NCBI GenBank assembly: GCA_051294375.1 | Contig: CM119267.1 | Span: 26,580,404 to 26,644,403 of the forward strand | DNA from: Paraspadella gotoi | Taxonomy: Eukaryota > Animalia > Chaetognatha | Direction: 5' to 3' | Length of the DNA: 64,000 nt | Part shown: piece by piece, positions 1 through 12,666 of the stretch | Numbering within the stretch: position 1 is the first letter of the stretch | Layout of the letters: every line of letters starts with the position of its first letter | Position numbers and translations under genes: made by a program | Notes under the pieces: model-generated | Told to the model about the DNA's origin: nothing | Seen by the model: the letters and a program-made list of their open reading frames with translations, nothing else | Databases searched by the model: none

Positions 1-295
1 CTGCTTATATTGAACGGTTCTGTCACTAACACATAACACTTATCACTGTCTCTTCACCTTTAATCTAAAAAATTGAGGATACCAACAAGTTCTATAGACA
101 GTCTTCTTTCAATTAATTCATAAATAAAATTTTTCTTCAAGCTTAAATATAGGTACATCATCCCCCCAAAAATTTAAAAAAATATAAATTAAATTTTTAA
201 ATAATTTACCATAATGATTTTATATAATTTTACTTATATATACTTATATATATATATACTTATATATATATACTTATTTTACTTATATGGACTAG

Positions 296-412
296 AAATT
301 ATAGGATGTGATTTTCATTTTGAGCCTATTGCCAACTCTTTACGATAAATATTAAATTATAGGATGTGATTTTCATTTGAGCCTATTGCCGGAACTCTTT
401 ACGATAAATATT
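296..412 (+). repeat. Two-copy ~58-bp tandem duplication
   Basis: aattataggatgtgattttcatt(t)tgagcctattgcc(gg)aactctttacgataaatatt occurs twice in succession. Confidence 0.85.
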
Positions 413-670
413 TATTGGAGATAGCTACCTAAGCGAGGGAAAAGCGTCCCAAGAAATCATTAAAAAAATTAATATTTTTTAATTTGATTTAGTCATATCG
501 TCAGTGCATATATAACCTAATTTTAATGTCCAAATGATTTTATTGCGACGCAGAAGTTAAATACTCAAGGGGTGTAAGGGCATCATATAAGATACCATTT
601 AGTTGTATTATTTTATAATTTGAATCAGGAGCAGCTTAATTTCAGTCCAATTTGTACCAAATTTACATTA

Positions 671-2340
671 GAGGCCAAAATATCATACATTTATGAAAGT
701 TCCTGATACCTGCAACGTTTCTGTGCCGAATTGTAGTGAGAAAACGAATATCAAATAAAAATTTTCCTGGATGCTCATTATGATTTTCAACGCCAGTTTT
801 TGCGTTAACCACTGTCGGTTTTAAAAATTCAGGATTTTTGGAAATAAATAAGCTGTTATTAAATTATTATTAAATTAATCAAAATAAGATTACAATAACC
901 TTAATATTATATTTTTATTTTTAGTTTAAATAATATTATTAAAATATAATTATAATATTATTTATATTATTATTATTATAATATTATTATAATATTATTA
1001 AAAAGGCGTCAAGTTAAAACTTTCATAATTCTTTAAGCCAAATTGGCCTGACCAACTACTTTACTAATTTTAATAAAATTTTACTATATGGTTAAACAAA
1101 TAGAACTGTCTAAGGGATTTTAATCTTTATTCTTTAACCAAGATATTGGCTTTTAAAAGATACCAAGTGATGCCAAAAGTAGCGAATTAGATGGAAGGCG
1201 ACTTGGCCTTTGCAGCTAGCAAGCCTCTCACTCAACCCTTACCCTAAACTGGGCCCCTAAACAAACCATTAATCTTAATCATGTTCCTGGCTTGGGATAT
1301 CTAACCTAACCCTAGCCCTAACCTAATGTGGGCTTTTTGTCTTACCGAGCAGCCTTTCCCCTAACCTTACCTCAAGCTGTGTACTTCCTGCTCAACTTAA
1401 CCCAAACCGGTCCTGATCCAAACCCTCACCAGTTTCCCCTGGCTGGTGAAATCTGCAGAGAGCCCATTCCTTACCCTAACCCTAACCTAGGCCTCCTGTT
1501 TTATATCGATGCAGAANNNNNNNNNNNNNNNNNNNNNNNNNAACCCTAACCCTGCATCACTCCAGAGCCTCTCCACCAACCATCACATCAGCCTGAGGTT
1601 CACCTCTGAGCTTCAACTCAGGCATCCCTGCTTCTCAGCCATCAATGAGGCTAAACTTTAATTCTTAATTTCCTTCCCCAGTACTTTCCCTAACCCAAGC
1701 TTCCTGTCCTGCAATATCATAATACTTAATCATGGCAACCTCGCCAAATGATAATTTTGTTGTAAGCGAGCTTAGAAAGGCTTGTACTAGGGATATTAAG
1801 ATTTGAGGCTTGCAAATGAATAAAAGGCCTAGACTAAGCTTTTGGTTGGGAGAGAGGTTTAGGGTTAAGGTTGAGTGGGAGGCTTGCTAGCCACAAAGGC
1901 CAAGGCGCCTTTTATCTAATTCGCTGCTTTCTTTTTGTAACATTTGGCAAACCTTTAAAGGCAATATCTTGGCTTAAGGATTAAATATTTAAAATCCCTT
2001 AGAGAGTAATTTGGTCAGGGACGATTTGGCTTAAAAAAACTAATAATTTCTAATTTGAAGTCTTTCTTAATAATAATTTTTTAACCTTATTTAAAAACCA
2101 CAACAAAAAAATTATTAATAAGGTTATTAATAACTTTATTTTGATTAATTTAATTATACTGGCTGAATAACAGCTCATTTTTTTCCAAAATTCCTAATTT
2201 TTTAAAACCGGAAGTGGTACGACGCAAAAACTGGCATGGAAAATCCATCAAGAGCATATTCGTTTTCTACACTAAATTTGGCACAAGAAACTTTGCAGGT
2301 ATCAGGAACTTTCAAAAATGCATGGTATTTCTGGGAGCTC
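671..2340. mobile_element. Non-autonomous long-TIR DNA element (GAG...CTC ends, TA-flanked) with a core rich in CCCTAA-like repeats
   Basis: About 671-1250 is a diverged reverse complement of about 1860-2340 (gaaagttcctgatacctgcaa / ttgcaggtatcaggaactttc); no transposase. Superfamily not assignable (GAG ends and long TIRs recall Sola). Confidence 0.65.
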
Positions 2341-2547
2341 TAGTTTACATATACTTTTGATTTTTACAGCAACAAAGTACTAAAACAGGCTCGATAAATA
2401 ATACTTTTAAGATATCTTTTTGTTAGCATTTTTAAATAGTTTTAAAGCATTTTTAAGCAATGTTTTGAAATTTTTAAAAACGATATTGATTTTTCTGTCA
2501 AATGGTATTAAAATTTTTTTTTATTGGCGTAGTTTACGTATAATTAA

Positions 2548-2784
<237 letters not shown>

Positions 2785-2823
2785 TAATTTATTTGCTGCA
2801 TCTTTTTCCGACGTTCCTCTCAG

Positions 2824-3044
2824 ACTCCCAGGCGCGTGAACGGGCCTGGCGCATCGGACAGCACAAGCAAGTGACCATCTATCGTCTCTTGTGCAGCGGG
2901 ACCATCGAAGAGAAGATCTACCATCGACAGATCTTTAAGCAATTCCTAACCAACCGAATTCTTAAAGACCCCAAGCAGAGACGCCTATTTAAGGCCAACG
3001 ACTTGCACGAGCTCTTCTCTCTTTCCAAGGATTATGACGAACAG
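2824..3044 (+). CDS. ERCC6: ERCC6/CSB internal exon (helicase motif VI)
   Basis: ctcag| acceptor restores [67 protein letters not shown], diagnostic of CSB/Rad26. The 3' boundary CAG|gcgagt is inferred from phase. Confidence 0.92.
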
Positions 3045-4721
3045 GCGAGTCGGCCGATCAATAATGATAACACTTTCAGGAGTATTATGTGGGTTTTTTA
3101 ATTTTTGTAAATTTATTTATGTTTGATTAAAGAAGGATCCTTGGAGCTTGTGTAATAAAACATTGGTTTATGAAACTGGTACAACCAATATAAAAAATTA
3201 TCCATTCATTTAATAAATAAGACTTTGGACTCGTACAAGATAATGATATAGCTTTCGATCACAATCTCGTTTATTCACTACCAGAGTACCTGGCTTTTTT
3301 ATAAATGAAGTAGAATAATATTTCAATTGTGTGAAAAGACCACTCCCTTAATTCCGATCCTGTTGCATCTTAAGGGCTCGCATTTTTTTTCTCTTGTCAA
3401 ATCATCATCATCTTGATATCAAACAAGCCAGAACAAATAGACTGCTTCTGGATGGAAAAATTTTCCATCTCTGATTTTATATAGAAATGAAAGAGATTTT
3501 TTTCATTGAAAACGATATAAACGTGACTGAGGTATGTTCCTGTTCAACAAATGAGGTCCAATTTTGGAATCCTTTGGCAAAGTGTCTGAAGGGCTCTCAA
3601 AATTTTTTTTTACATTTTATTTGGTTATTTTGATATGATACGATCATGGGAAAGTGAATTAGTCCATTTTGGTGAAATTTTTATTTAAAGTAAAAGTAAA
3701 AGAGCTCACGATCGGAATTCTAAAAGTTTTCAACCGGGAGTCAGATTCGGGAAAAATCTTCTATGGCGAAAATCTTCCAAAGAAGGGGTGGATTTTCCGA
3801 AGATTTTGGTTAATATTTTCTATATTTATTAGACACATTTAAATCCGATTCTTTTTAAGATAAAAATCTCAGGAAAACGGCATTCTTTTTCNNNNNNNNN
3901 NAAATGTGTCTAATATTTATGGTCGGATTTTTTTGAAATTTAATATTAACAATATTGCCATCATTCTACCTTGGCCGGTATAAGAATATATTAAAAAAAT
4001 ATCGGGCTTTGTTCGTCAGAGCTTAGTCCTACTTATGGGAAAACGAAGAGAAAGAAGAAAAAATAAAGTTCATTTCTTAACGGAAAAGAAAATTTAATAC
4101 TGTAACAACAATGATATTAAAAACGTTTTTAAGTTTCACGAGCTAAGGATTTCTTTTTAATTCTTTAAAAAATTTAATTATAATATTTTTTTTTCATTTT
4201 CTTTGATAGATATTTACAAAATAAGTTTTTATTTGTGATAACCACGATCATTTAATAATTCGGATATGTTTTGGTTCTTGTTTTTTGAACCTTCATCAAC
4301 CAGTTTTAATAAATATTTGGATACTAACTTTGAGAGATAGAGAGAGAGAGGCAATTTTAACCTTGATATCTCTCACTCTCTCCGAATTATTAAATGACCA
4401 TTAGATCTTGCCATATATGAAAAGTTTTGAAATCAAAATACGAGTATTGTGTAAAAGGTGCCCATACATCATATGAATTTTTTGAACATTTTTTTTCAAA
4501 AAAAATTTACAGTAAATGCTGCCAACTTTGAAAAAAATGAAAAAAAATGGTAAAAAATGGACTTTTTGCTAAATATCTTTAAAAGCTTTATTGCTAGAGG
4601 GACGAAACCCAAACTATCATGTAGAGCGGAAAAAATTGACCATTGTAATCATAAATAAAAACTCTGTTACTTTGTAAATATTATTATTATATTTTTTATA
4701 AATTTATTAATATTTAACTTA

Positions 4722-4813
4722 CTCCTAACCCAAACTTACCCCTAACCTAAACTTACCTCTACCCCTAACTTACCCCTAACTTACCCCTAACCCTAACTTA
4801 ACCCTAACCCTAA
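4722..4813 (+). repeat. Degenerate interstitial telomere-like (CCCTAA)n tract
   Basis: cctaacccaaacttacccctaacctaaac...ccctaacttaaccctaaccctaaa. Confidence 0.6.
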
Positions 4814-5338
4814 ATATGAGTGTAACGGAAAAAAATTTTAAAAAATGAAATTTTAAAAAAAATATTAACCGAGTTACCGAGAGCGGAGTGCGTCGCCGAG
4901 AGAAGAGTGCATGGTGTGTGGTCTCCGTGCTCATTAAGGCGGGTTAAATTTGATCCCTTTTTATCATGAGAAGTTCTGTCATATAAAATTCATTTGTCCA
5001 TCATATACTTAATAAATATTTACTATCACTTTTATAACTAGTGAAGCACAGTATAACAATGAAGTATTTAAATATTTATAAATGCATAGGCAATGAAAAA
5101 AATTGAAAAAAAAAAATTTTTTTTTAAGAACGGATTTAGATAGCCCATAAGAAAGTTATTCGTTGTTTACACACCAAGTATGAATTGCGTTTTTCAAGTA
5201 TTCCGTCGTGATAAGTGGGTCAAATAAGGAAAAACCTTTAAAAATCATTCATCCATACTCATAATTTATTATTTTTTGCTAATTTTAACCAATAAAACAA
5301 AAAAATTTTGAATTCTTGTAATAATATTTTTTTATATA

Positions 5339-8300
5339 CAGGTACCGGAAACCTAGAATGTTGTAAGTCTGTACATGTAATAACTTTTCCATTTATAGGA
5401 TAAATGGCTTTAGGATTTTATAGGAAGTTGTCTGGTATGTCTGGGCTATTGCCCATTTTAGCAATTTTTCAAATAAATAATCCTAAACCTCTTTTAAAAA
5501 TTTGGGTCAAAAATTTTGTTAAAAACTTGCATAGCTCTAATATATTTGAAATTTTTCTTAAAATTTTGCTAACTTGTACTCAAGAGGGTTTGTAAACTTC
5601 TGTAGAAATATGTTATCTATAAAAAAAATTTTTGCCATTTTTATCAGTGCTGATATTTTTAGATGGGTCATTTTTTCAATGATGCATAACTTCCTTATTT
5701 GTGAATATTATGGTTAATTTTTAGTAATAGGTGGGCCTTGGGTAGTCCTGCAATACATATAATTTCAGTCATTTTAAAAAACCTTTTGGCACAAGTCAAA
5801 ATTTTTTTGACAAAATTCAATTGTCAATCCTGCTAAAAATATTAATGAAAAGTATTGTTATTCTTTGCCTATAAATCAGTTAAAACATATTCAAAATAAC
5901 CTAAAGAAAAATTTTTTCTCACATTTTTAAAAACTCATTTGCATATTGTTGCATTTTATAAATTTTTTAATTTTTTTCACCTAAAAGTAATCCATTTTTT
6001 AAAATATGTTTTGGTTTGATGATAGTATAGTTATCAAACCTTTACAATATACCATCAAACTAATTTTTTATAAATTTTAAATATTTTAATATTTTTTAAT
6101 ATCATTAAAAATTATAATAATAAGCATTCTGCTAACTTTTTCAATGTGGGCATCATTGAGAGAGGGCAACTCGAGGATTCTAAATATATTAATTTTTTTA
6201 CCAAATTTATGTCCCAAAGCTGAAATAATTCTTTTCAAAGTGCTCAAAAATTAAAAAAACACTACTTTTTAAACCTTTATAAAATGCGATATATTATAGT
6301 TTTGTTTCAATACTTGGCAATTAGTCTCAAGAATTGTTCATATTTTTGTGGTAGTGACATGTCCAGGGAATAAAAGAAATATTCTAGTGATTCCTCAATC
6401 GATTTTTAAATTTGGCAGAAAATTTTATTCTTTTTTACCAAATTTTTACAGGTCACTGAACGTTTTCTGATTACACAAAATAATAATAAGAAATTAATAG
6501 TACCAATAGTTGGTGTTATGTTTCAAATAAATTGGAAAAAAATCTTGTTTAAAAATTTGATCTGGAACAGGGGTAACTAAGGCTTACCAATTGCATCGTC
6601 CATGCCAATCGTTCTTTCAAATAATTTTTTTTATTTAATACATTTGAAAGGGGAAAAAAGAAAATTCGGAATGCAAGTGGCATGAAAGGTACAAATAATC
6701 TGGACATTGTGACTTGACAATCATAACCTTTTATGTCTTGGGTAATGGGGGCAGTAAATAAACCTAAAAAATTTAATCATTAAGTCAGTCAATCAACCCT
6801 TTCAAATAGGTTCTGCGAAGTTTTTTAGGAAAGAAAAAAATATTTTTAGTGAAGAAAAAAAATTTTGCGGAAGTCTATTTGAAAGGGTTGATTGACTGAC
6901 TTAATGATTTTAATTTTTTGGGTTTATTTTCTGCCCCCATTACCCAAGACATAAAAGGTCATGATTATCAAGTCACGATGTCCAGATTATCTGTACCCTT
7001 TCTACAACCTGCATTCTGAATTTTCTTTTTTCCCCTTTCAAATGTATTAAATAAAAAAAATTATTTGAAAGAACGATTGGCATGGACGATGCCATTGGTA
7101 AGCCTTAGTTACCCCTGTTCTAGATCAAATTTTTAAACGAGGTTTTTTTTCCTTCTATTTCAAACATAACACCAACTATTGGTACTATAAATTTCTTATT
7201 TCTCAATTTCTATTTTGCGTAATCAGAGAAACATTTAGTGTACTCTAAAAACTTAATAAAAAAAGGCCAAATTTAAAAATCTATTGAGGAATCACTAGAT
7301 TATTTCTTTTATTCCCTGGACATGTCACTACCACAAAATANNNNNNNNNNNNNNNNNNNNNNNNNCATTGGAAAGGGGAGGTAGTGGAACATCTTGAATT
7401 GATTTGCTGTTTTATATCCAGTCTTCCACTTGATAAGCTCGAAGTGACGATCGGCATCCATTGCCATCCAGGGTCTTTGGATCAGGCCGATCCTTAAACC
7501 ATGTTTTTGAGCAAATTTTAATTAAACTCAGTTTCTTTATCTTCCTTGGCTGTCAGGCTGATCGACTGCTCAAATTAGTTAAATCTAATAGACTGGTTTC
7601 AAATGAAGGTAAGATTATTCCTTTTGCGCCTTTTGAACTTTCAAATAATGCTTTATCCGAATCATTTTTTCTATTGCTTTCCCCAAATAAATCCTTTGAG
7701 TAGAATTTAAGAGAGAATGTCTTGATATCTTCCTCCCTTGTTGAGTAACATTTAAATGATTTTCTAGTTGTCTATAGATACTTTAAATTGTTCGAGTCTT
7801 CTAACGAAAGTTTCCACCAAGTGCTGTTGAACTACGGTTAGTGTATCTTCCAGTATAGTTCTTTAGGAATGGTTGCAATAGATTTTCTATCCTCCAATTA
7901 AACTGAGCTTTAAGGCGGCTCTTAATTCAAATTGTTACTTGAATTCTTTTCAGTATGGCGCCACTTTTTTTGTTGTTGTTTCTATTCTTAGCTCACTGTG
8001 ATGATCAAATTGTCGAGAGAGGAGAGAGAGAGAGGAGGAGAGAGGAGAGAGACGATCGATGATCTTTTCGATTTTCTCTAGAATTCGAGTCAGGAGCGAT
8101 GGAACTGGCCAGCGAGAATTTTTCGAGAGGAGAAGGGAGAACGTTCGATTCAATTTCTTTGTTTGGGAGGGGATAGCTGGTCACGTGGACGAACGTAGTT
8201 CCAAAGCACGAGGAAGGGAGAAGCGTGGGAGATATAGAATTGGTTTTTTTTTATTTTGGCTTGAATTTGAACGGAGGGGAATACGTTTGAACTTTAGGGA

Positions 8301-11300
8301 AATAGTACGTTTTTGGGGGGGCGGAGAGGATTTTTAGTTTTCGTTTTTGTTTTTGTTTTTTTTTTTTTTTGCACTCAAAAAAGGCTCAAAATTAAAAAAA
8401 ACACTACTTTTTAAAACCTTTATAAAAAAATGCGACTAATTATATAGTTTGTTTCAAACTTGGCAATTAGGTCAAGAATTGTTCATAAATATTCACAAAT
8501 AAGGAAGTTATGCATCATTGAAAAAAAGACCCATCTAAAATATCAGCACTAATAAAAATGGCAAAAAATTTTTTTATAGTAACAATATTTCTCGTGCTGA
8601 TATTTTTAGATGGTCATTTTTTCAATGATGCAGTAACTTCCTTATTTGTGAATATTATGGTTTTAATTTGTAATAGGTGGGCCTTGGGTAGTCCTGCAAT
8701 ACATATAATTTCAGTCATTAAAAAACCTTTTGGCACAAGTCAAAATTTTTTTGACAAAATTCAATTGTCAATCCTGCTAAAAATATTAATGAAAATATTG
8801 TTATTCTTTGCCTATAATCAGTAGTTAAAACAATATTCAAAATAACCCTAAAGCAAAAATTTTTTCTCAACATTTTTAAAAACTCATTTGCATATTGTGC
8901 CATTTTTATAGAATTTTTAATTTGTTTCACCCTAAAAGTTTAATGGCCATTTTTAAAATTTTTTGGTTGATCTATCAGTATATTATCAACACCTTTACAA
9001 ATATACCATCAAACCTAATTTTTTATAAAATTTAAATATTTTTAAGTATTTTTTAAATATCATTAAAAATTATTAATTTTAATAAGCATTCTGCTAACTT
9101 TTTCAATGTGGGCATCATTGAAGAGAGGGCAACTCGAGGATTCTAAATATATAATTTTTTACCAAATTTAATGTCCCAAAGCTGAAATAATTCTTTTCAA
9201 AAGCTAGTCAAAAATTAAAAAAACACTACTTTTTAACCTTTATAAAAATGCGACTATATATAGTTTTGTTTTCAATACTTGGCAATTAAGTCAAGAATTG
9301 TTCATATTTTTGGTAGTGACATGTCCAGGAATAAAAGAATGATTCTAGTGATTCCCAATCGATTTTAAATTTGGCAGAAAATTTTATTCTTTTTTACCAA
9401 ATTTTTCACAGGTCACTGAACGTTTTCTGATTACACAGAAATAATAATAAGAAATTAATAGTACCAATAGTTGGTGTTATGTTTCAAATAAATTGGAAAA
9501 AAAATCTGTTTAAAAATTTGATCTGGACACGGGGTAACTAAGGCTTACCAATTGCATCGTCCATGCCAATCGTTCTTTCAAATAATTTTTATTTAATAAA
9601 CATTTGAAAGGGGAAAAAAGAAAATCGGAATGCAAGTGGCATGAAAGGTACAAATAATCTGGACAGTGTGACTTGACAATCATAACCGTTTTATGTCTTG
9701 GGTAATGGGGGCAGTAAATAAACCATAAAAATTTAATCATTAAGTCAGGTCAATTCAACCCTTTCAATAGGTTCTGCGAAGTTTTTTAGGAAAGAAAAAA
9801 ATAATTTTTAGTGAAGAAAAAAAATTTGCGGAAGTCTATTTGAAAGGGGTTGATTGACTGACTTATATGATTTTTAATTTTTTGGGTTTATTTTCTGCCC
9901 CCATTACCCAAGACATAAAAGGTCATGATTATCAAGTCACGATGTCCAGATTATCTGTACCTTTCTCACAACCTGCATTCTGAATTTCTTTTTTCCCCCA
10001 GCGCCCATTTCAAATGTATAAATAAAAAAAATATTATTTGAAAGAACGATTTGGCATGGACGATGCCATTGGTAAGCTTAGTTACCGCTGTTCTAGATCA
10101 AAATTTTTAAACGAGTTTTTTTTCCTTCATTTCAAACATAAACACCAACTATGTGGTACTAATAAATTTCTTATTTCTCCAATTTCTATTTTGCGTAATC
10201 AGAGAAACATTTATGTGTACTCTAAAACTTAATAAAAAAAGGCCAAATTTAAAAATCTATTGAGAATCACTAGATTATTCTCTTTATTCCCTGGACATGT
10301 CACTACCACAAAATATGAACAATTCTTGACCTAATTGCCAAGTATTGAAACAAAACTATATATAGTACGCATTTTTTATAAAGGTTTAAAAAGTAGTGTT
10401 TTTTTAATTTTGAGCACTTCTGAAAAAGAATTATTTCAGCTTTTGGGACATTAAATTCTGGTAAAAAAATTTTATATTTTAGAATCCTCGAGTTGCCCCT
10501 CTCTCAATGATGCCACATTGAAAAAGTTAGCAGAATGCTTATTAAAATTATAATTTTAATGATATTTAAAAAATTATTAAAAAAATTTAAATTTATAAAA
10601 AATTAGGTTTGATGGTATATTTGTAAAAGTTTGATAATATACTAATCAATCAAACCAAAAATTTTAAAAAATGGATTACTTTTAGGTGAAAAAATTAAAA
10701 AAATTATAAAATGCAACAATATGCAAATGAGTTTTTTAAAAAAGTTGAGAAAAATTTTTGCTTTAGCGGTATTTTGAATATGTTTTATTTATAGGCAAAG
10801 AAATAACAATATTTGCATTAATATTTTTAGCAGGATTGACATTGAATTTTGTAAAAAAAATTTTGACCTGTGCCAAAAGGTTTTTTAAAATGACTGAATT
10901 TATATGTATTGCAGGACTACCCAAGGCCCAGCCTATTACTAAAATCTAAAACCATAATATTCACAAAATAGCGAAGTTATGCATCACTTGAAAAAAAGAC
11001 CCATCTAAAATATCAGCACTAATCAAAATGCAAAAAATTTTTTATAGTAACAATATTTCTACAGAAGTTAGCAAACCTCTTGAGTACAAGTTAGCAAAAT
11101 TTTAAGAAAAAATTTCAAAATATATTAAGCCTATGCAAGTTTCTTTTTAAAAAAAAAAATTTGACCCTATTTTTTAGTGGTTTAGGATATATTATTTGAA
11201 AAATTGCTAAAATGGGCAATAGCCAGACATCTAGATAACTTCCTATAAAATCCTAAAGCCATTTATCCTATAAATGGAGAAAGTTATTACNNNNNNNNNN

Positions 11301-11352
11301 NNNNNNNNNNNNNNNATATACAGACTTACGACATTCTAGGTTTCCGGTACTG
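5339..11352. mobile_element. Giant foldback (palindromic) element, unit about 3 kb, partly duplicated in the assembly; TA-CAG...CTG-TA ends (Tc1/mariner-like)
   Basis: ta|caggtaccggaaacctagaatg at 5339 versus cattctaggtttccggtactg|ta at 11352; arms of about 1.47 kb around a ~65-bp spacer that appears twice (6810-6874 and 9771-9835). Confidence 0.7.
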
Positions 11353-12666
11353 TATTTTTTAAAAATTCTGAATTAAACTTTAAATGCTTCTATGAAATTG
11401 GTACAACCAATATAAAAATTATCCATTCATTTAATAAATAAGCTATCTTGCCCCTGACTTTGGACTTTGTTATTAACTATACATAAAATCTTAATTTTTT
11501 TAAAAATTTCGTTATCCCACAGGGATGCTTTAACTTTATTTATATGACAGAACAGTTTTTACCTTGTTCCGCCTTACTGCTCATCCTCCTCATGATTGCA
11601 GGTTTCTGAACGGCAGGGTCCCGCTTGTAAGAGCGGGATTCCATGGCGGTATCCCATCTTGCCGAAGGTAAAATAAAAAGTAAAAAATACTATCCGCGTG
11701 ACGTTCAAATTAATGTCTGAAAAAGCATTTCATTTGATTGTTATATTGAACAAGCAAGCTTGCAAAAATATAAACAAATTAAGATACCCTGTCTTAGCCA
11801 AGATACCTATCTATCAGAATGTGTAAGGAAGAAAAAAAAATCAACATAGGTTAGTAGAACGATCAAGTCTAAGATGAGGAAGCAAAAAAACCGTAAAACC
11901 AGTCCTCTTTAGGTCCATTTTTTTATGTCAAGATGACCGTATTTTTCTCGCGCTCCACCGGCAAGGGCTTCCCAAGACGCCACGCTTTCGAAATATGCCC
12001 ATATTTGTACTATTTATTACGGTCTTGCCGTTCGAATCGAGGCGAGACCATAAAAAAGCCGAAATTCTCGGAAACCTGATCCCCCCTCTCGCGAAACTCG
12101 TGATCATGGTATATATCATCAACGGAATGGACCTATAAACGGACTTGGTTGGCCTAGTGATGTGATTGCTCGTCTCCTTCATGAATCATCAGAATGCCGA
12201 CGAATCACAGACCTTACTTCAACCTTAGATTGACCAATGACCGACAGAGGAACCGACGGAGGGATTGATGGTCAAAATTGCTAAGAGAACTCTAGGCATT
12301 CACCTCTACACCCAAACTCAAGAAAGAACTCTTCTTCAAATAATTATTGAACCATTTAATATTGTCATCACCTTTGTCTTAACCTTTGTTATCGTGTCAT
12401 CGTTACCTATGTCATCACCCTAATCATTGTCCGTCATTAATAAACTATTGTCAACCAAATACTTTGCCACTTATTTAATTACCCACGTTATTTGGCTAAA
12501 ACGTCAACGATATTGTACTCCGCACTACAAGGAGCTGAATTTTATTAATAAGCTGTCCTGCTCCTGACTTTGGACTGGCTTTGGTGGTTTAAAATGTTTT
12601 AAGAAGTTTTAAATAGGTTTAATTATGTAATTTAATTTGAAAATTGCGTCAATATTATTTTTTCAG

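Noticed and set aside
4722-4813. True telomere or telomere-addition site
   Set aside because: Short, degenerate and internal to an ERCC6 intron.
3045-12666. Transposase exon trapped in an ERCC6 intron (CSB-PGBD3-like fusion)
   Set aside because: No transposase ORF or piggyBac TTAA-CCC ends found; ORF 11928-12182 shows no recognisable motifs.
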